NCBI GenBank assembly: GCA_050246755.1
Contig: JBFWVL010000005.1
Span: 96,001-160,000 of the forward strand
Reading direction: 5' to 3'
DNA: 64,000 bases
From: Bacteriovoracia bacterium
Lineage (GTDB): Bacteria > Bdellovibrionota > UBA1018 > CAIPTA01
Below, piece by piece: positions 1 to 9,595 of the stretch. The position numbers and the translations under genes were made by a program. How positions within the stretch are numbered: the stretch's first letter is position 1; the number at the start of each line of letters is the position of its first letter. The notes under the pieces were generated by a model. It was not told the origin of the DNA, did no database searches, and saw nothing but the letters and a program-made list of their open reading frames with translations.

Positions 1-2
1 AA

Positions 3-623
3 GTTTGGCTGCCTCCGATCGGCTCTTCCACCGCGTATATTTTTGGCAACCCGCAGAACCTCGCCGACACGAAAGTGGAGCTTACCTGCCGCGTGCACGA
101 CGAATGCAACGGCTCCGACGTATTCGGCTCCGATATCTGCACTTGCCGCCCCTACCTCATGTACGGCATCGAGGATGCCGCCCGCACCGCGCAGCGCGGG
201 GGCGTGGGCATCATCGTTTACTACCGCAAAGAGGGCCGCGCCCTCGGAGAAGTGACGAAGTTTCTCGTGTACAATGCGCGTAAGCGCCAAGAGGGCGGGG
301 ACACCGCCGCAACCTACTTCCGCCGCACCGAATGCGTGGCCGGTGTGGAGGACGCGCGCTTCCAGGAATTCATGCCCGACGTATTGCACTTCTTCGGGAT
401 CAAGAAAATCCATAACCTCCACTCGATGAGTAACATGAAATACGACGCCATCGTGGGCGGCGGCATCAAAGTGGTGAACCGCATCTCGATTCCCGATAAT
501 CTGATCCCCCAGGATGCCCAGGTGGAAATGGAAGCCAAGAAGGCGGCCGGCTATTTTACAAAAGAGAAAAGAAAATCGAAAGAAGAGCTGAAGAAGGTGA
601 AGGGGCGCAAAATTGAAGAATGA
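3..623 (+). CDS. GTP cyclohydrolase II-like protein, URC1 type (5' truncated by window edge)
   Basis: RVHDEC...SDICTC zinc motif, KEGRALG, SMSNMK; frame is open upstream of the listed ORF to base 3 (VWLPPIGSSTAYIFGNP); overlaps the DUF1688 gene. Confidence 0.9.
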   Translation, partial: VWLPPIGSSTAYIFGNPQNLADTKVELTCRVHDECNGSDVFGSDICTCRPYLMYGIEDAARTAQRGGVGIIVYYRKEGRALGEVTKFLVYNARKRQEGGDTAATYFRRTECVAGVEDARFQEFMPDVLHFFGIKKIHNLHSMSNMKYDAIVGGGIKVVNRISIPDNLIPQDAQVEMEAKKAAGYFTKEKRKSKEELKKVKGRKIEE

Positions 624-1830
624 GCTGAGCCTTTCCCCGTCCGAAATTGATTTTATCCTTTCGCCCGCCGCGATTCGCGAGCGCGCGCAAAAACTATTTG
701 CCCGCACCGAAGCGGCCCAGGGTGCTTTTGCGTATCACCCCGAAAAGCTTGCGTCCACCGTGAGCTACGTACTCGAAGTGATCCGAAAGAATTACCCTTC
801 ACTGGAAATTCCCTTTCATTCCCGCTGGGGGCATTTCCGCGCCGGCGGCGTGGATCGCACCAAGCTTCTCAACGATAAGCTTGCTCCGCTCAAGCCTCTC
901 GAGCGTGCCCGTGTGAAGATCGATCTCGTGATTCCCTCGGTACTTCTCGATGCTGGCGCCGGGCCGAGATGGAAATTTCGTGACCAAGACGACAAGTACT
1001 ACGGGCGTTCCGAAGGCCTTGGGCTCGCGAGTTTCTATATGTTTCTGGACGGCGCGATGAGCGCCACCGGCCGGGCGCTTCGCGCGGAAAAAGACGGGCT
1101 CAAGAACATCACCGCCGTTCAGCTCGAGAGAAGCTTCCAGGTAGACGAGCATAATCCGCTCGTGGGCGTGGAAGGCCGCGTGCAGTTGCTCAATAATCTC
1201 GCGCGCGCGCTTGAGAACAAGGAGATTTTCGCCAAGGGCCGCCCCGGCGACCTCGTGGATTATCTCCAAGGGAAATATGGGCAAGAAATTCCGGCCACTG
1301 GTTTGCTCCGCGCCGTGCTCGATGGGCTGGGGCCGATCTGGCCGGGAAGAATCGTGGCGAACGGCACCAACCTCGGCGACGTTTGGCGCCACTCCGCCCT
1401 CGGCGAGGGAATCGAGGCCCTCGTTCCTTTCCATAAGCTTTCGCAGTGGATGACCTATTCCCTCATTGAGCCCATAGAAGAGGCGGGCCTGAAAGTTACC
1501 GGCGTGGAAAATCTCACCGGCCTCGCCGAGTATCGCAATGGCGGGTTATTCATCGATTCGGGCTTGATCTCCTTCCGGAATCCCGGCGATGCCGAGAAAA
1601 CCTGGGCTCCCGATTCCGACCTCATCATCGAGTGGCGCGCCCTCACCGTGCACTTCCTCGATATCGTGGGCGCCGAAGTGCAAAAGGCCCTCGGAAAAAC
1701 TCCCCAGAACTTTCCTCTGGCGAAAGTGCTCGAGGGCGGAACTTGGTGGGCCGGGCGCTTCCTCGCGCAGAAGAACCGCGAGAGCGGCGAGCCCCCGATT
1801 AAAATTAAGAGCGACGGTACCGTTTTTTAG
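613..1830 (+). CDS. DUF1688 / URC4-family protein
   Basis: IPFHSRWGHF, SVLLDAGAG, RSEGL, FHKLSQW, TGLAEYRNGGL, LEGGTW, C-terminal SDGTVF. Confidence 0.92.
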   Translation: MKNELSLSPSEIDFILSPAAIRERAQKLFARTEAAQGAFAYHPEKLASTVSYVLEVIRKNYPSLEIPFHSRWGHFRAGGVDRTKLLNDKLAPLKPLERARVKIDLVIPSVLLDAGAGPRWKFRDQDDKYYGRSEGLGLASFYMFLDGAMSATGRALRAEKDGLKNITAVQLERSFQVDEHNPLVGVEGRVQLLNNLARALENKEIFAKGRPGDLVDYLQGKYGQEIPATGLLRAVLDGLGPIWPGRIVANGTNLGDVWRHSALGEGIEALVPFHKLSQWMTYSLIEPIEEAGLKVTGVENLTGLAEYRNGGLFIDSGLISFRNPGDAEKTWAPDSDLIIEWRALTVHFLDIVGAEVQKALGKTPQNFPLAKVLEGGTWWAGRFLAQKNRESGEPPIKIKSDGTVF

Positions 1831-1839
1831 GAAATAAAC

Positions 1840-2472
1840 ATGAAGAAAAATCTCATCCTCCTCGATCACCCTCTCCTTAAGCATAAGCTCGGCTACTTGC
1901 GCGATAAGAATACCCGCTCCGCCGAGTTCCGCGAGCTCGTGAAAGAAATCAGCCGTAGCCTGGCCTACGAGGCCATGAGCGATTGGACGGACATGGCCTC
2001 CGTTTCCATCGAGACACCGATCGCCCGCACCAAGGTGGACCGCATCCAGAATCCTCCCGTGGTGGTCTCGATCATGCGCGCCGGAAACGGGATGCTCGAT
2101 CCCGTGCTCTCGATGATCCCCTTCGCCTCGGCGGGCTTCATCGGGATTTACCGCGATAAGTTCATCAACAATACGGTGGAATACTATTTCAAGATGCCTG
2201 CCGACATCGCGGGGCGCCTCGCGATCCTCTGCGATCCCCTGGTTTCCACCGCCGATACCATGATCGCCGCCATCGATCGCCTGAAGAGCTACGAGGTGAA
2301 GAATATCAAGGTTCTATCGATCCTGATCTCGAGCTTCGCGGTGGAGAAAATCCACCATTTCCATCCCGACGTGCAGATCTTCGCTCTCGGCGTGGAAAAA
2401 GAAATCAACGAGCTCGGCTACCTCGTTCCCGGCCTAGGAGATGCGGGTGACCGGCTCTACCAAACCAAGTAA
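1840..2472 (+). CDS. upp: uracil phosphoribosyltransferase
   Basis: HPLLKHKL...LRD, IMRAG, PRPP loop DPLVSTA, YLVPGLGDAGDRLY. Confidence 0.93.
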   Translation: MKKNLILLDHPLLKHKLGYLRDKNTRSAEFRELVKEISRSLAYEAMSDWTDMASVSIETPIARTKVDRIQNPPVVVSIMRAGNGMLDPVLSMIPFASAGFIGIYRDKFINNTVEYYFKMPADIAGRLAILCDPLVSTADTMIAAIDRLKSYEVKNIKVLSILISSFAVEKIHHFHPDVQIFALGVEKEINELGYLVPGLGDAGDRLYQTK

Positions 2473-3079
2473 GCCTTTTTTGCTAGGCGTGGCCGGCGGC
2501 AGCGGGTCGGGGAAAACCTTTTTCGCGCGCGCTTTGCGCGAACGGCTCGGCCCTCACGCCTGCGAAATTATTTATCAGGATAATTTTTATTTCGATCAAT
2601 CGAAACGTTTTGATTTCGACGGCGGCTCCGTGAACTTCGACCACCCTGACGCCATCGACTTCGCGCGCCTAGCTTTGAGCCTGCGCACTTTGAAGTCCGG
2701 CCAGGCTACCGAAATTCCCATCTACGATTTCAAGACGCATAGCCGCTCTCCGTCCACTTTACGCGTGGAGCCCCTGCGCGTGATCGTCACCGATGGTATC
2801 CTTATTTTTCACTCTTCCGAAGTGCGCGCGCTCTTCGACGAGCTAGTCTTTTTCGATACTCCCGAGGAACTGCGCTTTATGCGCCGTCTGGAGCGCGATG
2901 TGGCCGAGCGCGGGCGCACGCCCGAGGGCGTGAAGAATCAGTTTTATAAACAGGTGAAGCCCATGCATGATCAATTCGTGGCGCCCTCGAAGGAGTTCGC
3001 GCACCACGTGGTGATGGACATCGGAGGCTGCGATCAGGCGCTGGAGAGTTACTGTGAGAGACTCCGCGGCGGTGCCTGA
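2441..3079 (+). CDS. udk: uridine kinase
   Basis: P-loop GGSGSGKT, NFDHPDA, IPIYDF, RRLERDVAERGR, VKPMH; start could be the GTG at 2447. Confidence 0.93.
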   Translation: MRVTGSTKPSKPFLLGVAGGSGSGKTFFARALRERLGPHACEIIYQDNFYFDQSKRFDFDGGSVNFDHPDAIDFARLALSLRTLKSGQATEIPIYDFKTHSRSPSTLRVEPLRVIVTDGILIFHSSEVRALFDELVFFDTPEELRFMRRLERDVAERGRTPEGVKNQFYKQVKPMHDQFVAPSKEFAHHVVMDIGGCDQALESYCERLRGGA

Positions 3080-3864
3080 AACCAGCCCGCCATCGAGCGC
3101 GCCTGGCAAGGCGCGTATTCGAATTTCGCCTTGAAGTCCCACTTCGCGAGATCAACGCGTGCCTCAACGGCATCCTCGTTCTTCATCCCGTGCAGGAAAT
3201 CCAATCGCGCAAATGCCTCGAGCTGATCCACGGGCATCGCGTAGCTCGCGGAAAGCTGATCGGCATCGGTCGGGATCAGGAGCGCCATCGCCTGGCCGGT
3301 TTGCGTGGCGAGCACTTTGTAAAAATATTTGGGTACGGCCACGTTGCCGCCGCCGATGGAATCGAGCCCGCCTTGCAGCACGGGGCCGGTGGTCACCCAT
3401 AGCCCGCCCGTTCGCATCGCCCACGCGCGCACGAGGCTTTCGAGACGGCTCCAGAGCCCGCGGTTAAATTTTGGCGGCTGCGGGCTGATATTCGAGAGCA
3501 GGAAGGATTCGTTCATCGCGTCGTCCGACCATTTATTGTCGCCCGCGGGGCTGAGATGCCCGCGGTCGAGGCCGGAGCCTTTATAGTCGCTGAGTTGCGC
3601 CGACTGTCCGCGCGGTACTTGGGGGTCGGGGCGGAAATTGCTCGGGCGATCGTAGCAATCCTGCAGTTGATCGGGGCCGAGGGAGTAAAATACCCAGTCG
3701 GATTGTTTATAGCTGGGATTGTAGGAGAGGGTAAGCGCGGTCTTTTTCAGCGCGAAGCTCCCCTCCGGAACGATCGGGGTGGGAGAACCAGCGGCGGCGT
3801 TGCCGGCGGCCAGCAAGAGAGCTAGCGCAAACGTCCGCGATATCCGTAACCATCCTTGGTGCAT
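3049..3864 (-). CDS. secreted DNA/RNA non-specific endonuclease (NucA/EndoG family)
   Basis: signal peptide; DRGH motif, SF.LSNI.PQ, FNRGLW..LE, VPKYFYKV. Confidence 0.92.
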   Translation of the reverse strand: MHQGWLRISRTFALALLLAAGNAAAGSPTPIVPEGSFALKKTALTLSYNPSYKQSDWVFYSLGPDQLQDCYDRPSNFRPDPQVPRGQSAQLSDYKGSGLDRGHLSPAGDNKWSDDAMNESFLLSNISPQPPKFNRGLWSRLESLVRAWAMRTGGLWVTTGPVLQGGLDSIGGGNVAVPKYFYKVLATQTGQAMALLIPTDADQLSASYAMPVDQLEAFARLDFLHGMKNEDAVEARVDLAKWDFKAKFEYAPCQARSMAGWFQAPPRSLSQ

Positions 3865-3918
3865 CGGAACCTCTTGTCACCAGTGTAGCAAGGCGAAGCC
3901 AGAAAGATAGGTTAGGAT

Positions 3919-4289
3919 TTAGTTATAGTTAAAAATAGTGGTTAATCTGCGGCACCGCGTGCTGCGCGCCCAGGCCCACTTGCTGGGCTTCCTTGCCTTT
4001 GCCGTTAGCAAGGCCGATGCAGTGGTCGAAGAATAGTAGTCGTGGAAGGATTTCTCGTCGAGCGAGCCGTTTTTTACGGCTTTCGCGGCCGCGAAGGAGA
4101 GGCCGAATTCACAGGCGTCTTTCCATGGGCGGGCGAAGGTGGCTACGTCGAGTGTATTCTTCGCGCCTTCGCCGTTCACAAAGTCTTACGATTGCCGCAG
4201 TATTTGTCGACGATCTAGTCGTAGGCCGGAATGGCCAAGGCATTCTGACGAAAAAGCAACACGGCAGCCGGTAAGGAGAGAGTTCTCAT
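3919..4289 (-). pseudogene. degraded gene for a small secreted protein
   Basis: ATG at 4289 gives signal-like MRTLSLPAAVLLFRQNALA, then an in-frame TAG and a frame change into the 3919..4179 ORF. Confidence 0.4.
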
Positions 4290-4418
4290 TCCTTCCTGAT
4301 CGTAGCTAAGTTGCTTGCTCTTGAGCTAGGTCAAAATACTTACACGGAAGCGCTAAGGTTTGGAAATCTTGCATGAACTTACATTAAGCCGAGCCGGTTC
4401 TCTGCCGAAGAGTAGCCA

Positions 4419-5558
4419 ATGATTCAGCGCTTATTCATTCTCACTTCATTGCTGGTGGCGCTCGCCATCTCGCTCGGCGTGGCCCAGGCGGCTCCCGCGA
4501 GGTATCCCATCAAGGTGAAAGTGAGTGTTTCGGGGGCCGAGAGCACCACGGTGTATATCATTCCGCCCGAAAAAAAATATTCTCTCTCGGTTAATAATTC
4601 CGAACAGAAGCGCACGAAGATTGCCCTGTACGATAAAGACGGAAATAAAAAAGAAGGGCTCTACTGGATCGCTAACGCGGACCTTGAAAAAGTAATGCGG
4701 AAACCGATCGCCGACGTATTGACTACGCTCCAAAATCGTCCAACGGCCGCTCCCTGCGCCAACTGTGGAGTCGACGATGCGCAGAATCGTCCTGAGCCCA
4801 CCGCGGAACCCGCCAACGCTCCGGCGCCCGCTTCGGTTTCATCTTCCGCGAATCCCCTTTGCAATCGTTTCCACGAATTCGTGAAAAAAGGCGTGCCCGA
4901 AGCTCCGCTGAAACAAGCCTTGCTTTACTATAGCCGTTTTAAGAAAAAATTCGCGGGCAACGATCGCTATATCAGCATAGCGGATTATTCCCAGCGTTCG
5001 AACAAAAAGCGTTTTTATATGCTCGACCTGAAAACCGGGGAGCTGATGAACGAAAAAGTTTCTCACGGCAGCGGCATGTCGCGCGGGCGTATCGTAAGCG
5101 ATCCTAATAACGACGGCATGGTGGACCGCTGTGAACATCCCGACCGGGTGCTCGCCGCCAAAAGAAATCCTCGCCGCGCCTATAAGACCCGCGAAAATAT
5201 GACGAGACCGGGTTTTTTTGCCACCGGATCCCTGAACCTTTCCGTGGCCCATGCCCGCAAATGGCCGCGCGTAACGAGTCGTACCAATAGTCTTTTACTA
5301 AACGGCCTTTCGGGAAAGATCAACGGCTCCGCCCGCCAAGACGGGGTGTTCATGCACGAAACCTACTATAATTTCGACGGCCCGGGCCTCATGGGAAAAA
5401 CCTTCGGCTGCCCGGGATTCGTGCAGAGAAAAGGTACGCCGATCTTCAAGAAGATCGTGGGCGGGAGTCTCTATTATTCCTACGTACCCGTCTGCAAAGA
5501 CGATATGGACTACGTGCTCCAGGACATCAAGGACTGGGACAAATTCTGCGAAGAATAG
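4419..5558 (+). CDS. exported murein L,D-transpeptidase (YkuD_2-like)
   Basis: signal peptide; IADYSQ.S..KR.Y..DL, VSHGSG, catalytic H...GKTFGC. Confidence 0.82.
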   Translation: MIQRLFILTSLLVALAISLGVAQAAPARYPIKVKVSVSGAESTTVYIIPPEKKYSLSVNNSEQKRTKIALYDKDGNKKEGLYWIANADLEKVMRKPIADVLTTLQNRPTAAPCANCGVDDAQNRPEPTAEPANAPAPASVSSSANPLCNRFHEFVKKGVPEAPLKQALLYYSRFKKKFAGNDRYISIADYSQRSNKKRFYMLDLKTGELMNEKVSHGSGMSRGRIVSDPNNDGMVDRCEHPDRVLAAKRNPRRAYKTRENMTRPGFFATGSLNLSVAHARKWPRVTSRTNSLLLNGLSGKINGSARQDGVFMHETYYNFDGPGLMGKTFGCPGFVQRKGTPIFKKIVGGSLYYSYVPVCKDDMDYVLQDIKDWDKFCEE

Positions 5559-5584
5559 CTTTGCGCTGCCAACTTGATAAATAA

Positions 5585-6466
5585 TTATTCGCCCGAAGCG
5601 AAGAGACGTGGATATTTTCCGCCGGTGATTTTATTCAGGCGGGATTTAATCCCTAGATCCAGCCTGGTTTGTGCGCTGATTAAGTCGCGGTTCTGAATTT
5701 CCATATTGCGGCCATAGCATTCGATCATGGCCGTCTGAAACTTAGAGAAGGGATCCCACTGGGTTTCGAACGTACGTACGATCTGGATCATCCAGAGTGG
5801 GATCTTGCGTTCGCACTTCAGCTCCAGAATAGCATAGCGGCTCTGGTACTGGTCCTCAAAGGTTTCGTTATGGTCGTAGTGGCTCATCCGGCTTTCGTCG
5901 GGTTTTACGTTGTAGGTATTTTCTTCCATGTAACGGAGGTCGCGATCAATGGTCACGCGTGCGTACTCGTCGTGGCGGGAAAGCCAGGCGCGGCGGCGGT
6001 ATTGGCTGAGCACTTGGGGCTGAAGGCCGAAGGTTTCGTGCTTCTCCAAAAAATCGCGCATATTCTTGTCCGCGTAGGGATCGAAATCCTTAATGGCCGA
6101 AGGATTTTCGAAAAGATCCGAGATATTTTCGAGGGGAAATTTCGAGCGGCGTTTTTTACAGAAGTTTTCGATTTTCTGTTTGCTCTCGAGGTAATAAGGA
6201 GGCTTGGGATCAGCCCCATAAGAGCGGATGCGGAAGCTGGAATAGGCGAACTCGATCCCGAGCGGGCGCCGCATCATGATGCGGTTCATGCTGTCGAGGT
6301 AGAGGCTATTGATAATGTAGAAACCGCCGGGCGAGATTTGGGAATAGTAATCCATCTCGCAGTATTGGTTCACGTAGTCGGTGATCGGCTCGATCAGCGA
6401 AATCGGAATGCGGTACTTTAGCTCGTAGCGATCCAGGTTCAGGGGTGATACGGCTTTAGCGGTCAT
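5585..6466 (-). CDS. VTC-domain (polyphosphate polymerase-like, TTM fold) protein
   Basis: RYELKY, Y.INSLYLD, RIRSY, LESK, YRRRA, RVTIDR, ILELK, FSKF. Confidence 0.9.
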   Translation of the reverse strand: MTAKAVSPLNLDRYELKYRIPISLIEPITDYVNQYCEMDYYSQISPGGFYIINSLYLDSMNRIMMRRPLGIEFAYSSFRIRSYGADPKPPYYLESKQKIENFCKKRRSKFPLENISDLFENPSAIKDFDPYADKNMRDFLEKHETFGLQPQVLSQYRRRAWLSRHDEYARVTIDRDLRYMEENTYNVKPDESRMSHYDHNETFEDQYQSRYAILELKCERKIPLWMIQIVRTFETQWDPFSKFQTAMIECYGRNMEIQNRDLISAQTRLDLGIKSRLNKITGGKYPRLFASGE

Positions 6467-7803
6467 GCGCCTATCCTCCGGTTCGTTTTCGAGAGGTGGT
6501 TCAGGTCAGCGTCTTCGGCCAAGCGGCCCGTTTCGTAGAGAAATTCGATATAGAGCGTGCGGATCTCGCCCAGAAGCTTGATCCGGTAGAGGCGCTTGGA
6601 AATGCTGGCGCGTTGGAGCTCCATCGCGAGCGCGGGATCGTTGCGGAGCAAGCTGTCGGTGATATTGGCTTTGCCTTCGCTGGAATTCAGGTAGGCGGCC
6701 ACTTTTTCTTTCACGATTTCGCGCAGGGCGGCCGCATGCTCCCCGGCTTCGTCGGATTCCACCTGGGCCTCCACTTCGAGGCGCGCCACTTTAATGCGGT
6801 CACGCTGTTCGTCTAGGTCGCCGGCCGCGAGGAAAGGCAGGTTGAACGTGATGCCGAGGCTATAGGAGGTTCCGCGGCGCGTTTCGTTGGGAAACTGGTT
6901 AGAGTCCGGAATGGTGGCGCCGTCGAATTGGTACTGGTCGTAGCGGTGGCTTTTAATGGAATCCACTCCTTTGCCAACGGAAAATTTGATTCCGTCGATC
7001 CATTTGGAATTTTTCTCCAGGCCGTACTTATGTCGCGCGCGCTCCACCGTGAGGTCGTTCAGCACGTCTTCGCTGGTTAAGCTGGAGATGTCGGTCATGC
7101 CTTTGAGGCGCTCGCCGATATCCTGGGCCGATACCACTTGGTCGATCTCGAGTTCGTTCAGCGTTAGGCCGCGGCGGGAGAGGCTATGATTCACGCCCGC
7201 GATGATGCTGGAGATTTCCGCCATTTCATTTTTGGCTTTATCGATTTCCCCGGCGGCTTTCAGCACGGCTTTCGCGTCGCCCTCCGAGCGGGCGGTGATT
7301 CCGCTGAGGCGCTGTGAGCGATCGAGCACGAGATTCCATTCGTTGAGCAGGGCCTGCTCTTCACGGGCCTGTGCGGCCCGGGCCAAAAGCTCGTGGGCGG
7401 CCTTGGCGCTTTTCGACTGCAGGATTTTTCGCTCGAGCGCGGTACGCGATTTGAGGGTCTTCTCGTATTTATAATAAGAGATGGCCTCGAATATTCCCTT
7501 GGGCTTCAGCTCGAGGGACAGCTTATTAGCATACTCGCTCTCATCGCGGTCGCGAATGCGGGTCTTGATACGGTCGGTCGGGGTGTTTCCGTACACGAGC
7601 GTTTCCGAGCGGCCGAGGGAATCGCCCCAGGAATGCTCGAATCCTAGCTTGATTTCCGATACCGGATTCAAAAATTGCCGAGAGGTGGCCTCCTCTAGTT
7701 CAGGCACGCGCGCGGCCGATTTCTGGAGCAGTAGCTCCGGAGTATAGGCCGCCGCGTTCTGAGCGGCGAGTAGCGCGGTTACGGTGAGGGCAAGGCGAAG
7801 CAC
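6463..7803 (-). CDS. TolC-like outer-membrane efflux protein (divergent)
   Basis: signal peptide, long helical segments alternating with beta-strand segments (SYSLGITFNLPF); follows a HlyD-like gene; AGGAG RBS before GTG. Confidence 0.6.
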   Translation of the reverse strand: MLRLALTVTALLAAQNAAAYTPELLLQKSAARVPELEEATSRQFLNPVSEIKLGFEHSWGDSLGRSETLVYGNTPTDRIKTRIRDRDESEYANKLSLELKPKGIFEAISYYKYEKTLKSRTALERKILQSKSAKAAHELLARAAQAREEQALLNEWNLVLDRSQRLSGITARSEGDAKAVLKAAGEIDKAKNEMAEISSIIAGVNHSLSRRGLTLNELEIDQVVSAQDIGERLKGMTDISSLTSEDVLNDLTVERARHKYGLEKNSKWIDGIKFSVGKGVDSIKSHRYDQYQFDGATIPDSNQFPNETRRGTSYSLGITFNLPFLAAGDLDEQRDRIKVARLEVEAQVESDEAGEHAAALREIVKEKVAAYLNSSEGKANITDSLLRNDPALAMELQRASISKRLYRIKLLGEIRTLYIEFLYETGRLAEDADLNHLSKTNRRIGA

Positions 7804-7815
7804 AGGATTCTCCTA

Positions 7816-9594
7816 CTAACGGCCCGAACGTGGTCCGGTGATCGTAGTGATTTTTGAACCACGCGATCCCAGGTCGAAGGTGATCAAGAACAGATTTTTC
7901 TCGGCGTTATAAGCCACGCCTTCCGGGCTGTCGGCCTTGAACTTGCGGATCAGCTTGGGCTTAAGCTCGTTCTCACTGAGGCTCCAGAAGCCGCCGCAAG
8001 ACTCGCTTTTGCAGGAAGTGGTAAAGTACGCGGTATTGCCCACGAACGTGAGGTCCGTCATGCGGTAGGTGGAGCCGTCGTTCTCGTCGAACTTCACGGT
8101 TTTCCAAACTTCGAGCTCGGTATTTTCACCCTTGGCGGTGAACAAGGCATCCACGCTCGGCACGCGCAGGATGAGGGAAGCGTTATCGGCGGTCTGCGGG
8201 GCCTTGAGGCCGATATAGAGCGCGCCGTCGCGGATATCGTGGGCTTCCACCTCGAATTTGTCCATGCCGTCTTCGGCCATGGCCTGCAGCAGCGGATGTT
8301 CAGAATTTTTGATGAGCTTGCGAACCAGCTTGCCGAGGTTTACTTCCTGGGTGTCGGAGAGAACCACGCCCTTGCGTTTCATGCGCACAAAGAGGTTGCG
8401 GGCTTTTTTGATATCGCTTTCCTTCTTCGCGGTGAGGGAGGTCATCACGTAGAGGTAATCGCCCGCCACGCTCACCGATTCCATGTCGTTGATTTCTTTC
8501 ACGCCGGGAATGCGCAGGGTTTGCTCGTCCACTTCTCCGTCCTGCGACATCAGGAAGAGCCAAGGCGCGTTCGATTCGTCGGTATCGTCCGATACCACGA
8601 GGTATTTCTTGAGGTCGGGCAGATACACCGCGCCGGAAGCCTCGAAGCTGGATTTGTCGGAGAGCGAGGGGGGTAGCTTCACTTGCACGGGCGCCTGGCC
8701 TTCGGCCTTAGCGGCGGCGTCTTCGTCGTCGGCTCTGGCCACGAGGGCAGGCAGCAGGGAAACCACGGGGGAAATCTGCACTTTTTCGCCGAGGATAATA
8801 TTGCTCTCTTTAGGAATTTCAATCATCACTTCGCGGCCCCAGATGGGCACGCCGTTGCGGCCGCCGGAAGTGGGCGCTAAGCGGAGGGGAAGCTCCACGA
8901 ATCGGGCGCCCACGCTGACCACCTTGCCGTCTACCGAGCTGCCGTTATTAGTGAGCGAGCTGATGCGCACGTGGCTGCCGGGATGCACGCTGGTTTGCAG
9001 CGCTTCGTTCACAAAGCCTTGCACGAAGGTGGGGCTATCGGGGGAAATGGTCACGAGCGAAGAGAAAGCGGGCGCGCGTTCGCCGCGCTTGAAGTTCACG
9101 CTGCCCACGATGCCGTCGATTTCGGCGAACACGTAGAGGTTATTGCGCTGGCGTTCCAGGAAGCCGCGCTCTTCTTCGAGCTCGCGGAGCTCTACCGATA
9201 AAGGATCTTCTCCCACGGCGAGGCTAGTATTGCCCACGGCCTTGTTCATCTGTTCGCGCACCGAGCGCTCGGCGCGGAGCTTTTGCACTTGGGCGGTGAG
9301 CTGACGGATCTGGGTATTGAGCTCGGTCTGATTGAGCTCAATCAGGAGGTCGCCTTTTTGTACGCGTTGCCCTTGGATCACGTGCACACGCTTGATTTCC
9401 ACTGGGTACTCGAAGTTAACGTTGGATTCGCGCGAGCCGGCCACGCCGTGGAAGCTGAGATCGGGGGAGTTCAGGTAGAAACCCATGCCCACGATCACCA
9501 CCACCGCCGCGAGGATGCACCAGGCGTGGAAGGTATTTTCGGAACCGATGATTTCGTCTTTGATAAAAGTAAGGGGATTGAATCTTTTTTTCAT
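7816..9594 (-). CDS. HlyD-family periplasmic adaptor fused to a C-terminal beta-propeller (DUF3616/SdiA-regulated-like)
   Basis: N-terminal TM, V.V.QGQRVQKGDLL lipoyl half, coiled coil, A.IDG.V half; C-terminal FEASG, VVSDD, DMES, EVEA, PEGV blade motifs. Confidence 0.8.
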   Translation of the reverse strand: MKKRFNPLTFIKDEIIGSENTFHAWCILAAVVVIVGMGFYLNSPDLSFHGVAGSRESNVNFEYPVEIKRVHVIQGQRVQKGDLLIELNQTELNTQIRQLTAQVQKLRAERSVREQMNKAVGNTSLAVGEDPLSVELRELEEERGFLERQRNNLYVFAEIDGIVGSVNFKRGERAPAFSSLVTISPDSPTFVQGFVNEALQTSVHPGSHVRISSLTNNGSSVDGKVVSVGARFVELPLRLAPTSGGRNGVPIWGREVMIEIPKESNIILGEKVQISPVVSLLPALVARADDEDAAAKAEGQAPVQVKLPPSLSDKSSFEASGAVYLPDLKKYLVVSDDTDESNAPWLFLMSQDGEVDEQTLRIPGVKEINDMESVSVAGDYLYVMTSLTAKKESDIKKARNLFVRMKRKGVVLSDTQEVNLGKLVRKLIKNSEHPLLQAMAEDGMDKFEVEAHDIRDGALYIGLKAPQTADNASLILRVPSVDALFTAKGENTELEVWKTVKFDENDGSTYRMTDLTFVGNTAYFTTSCKSESCGGFWSLSENELKPKLIRKFKADSPEGVAYNAEKNLFLITFDLGSRGSKITTITGPRSGR

Positions 9595-9595
9595 A

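Noticed and set aside
3-623. Calling the first gene ribA (riboflavin synthesis)
   Set aside because: RVHDEC variant and linkage to DUF1688/upp fit the URC1 subfamily; no rib genes are adjacent
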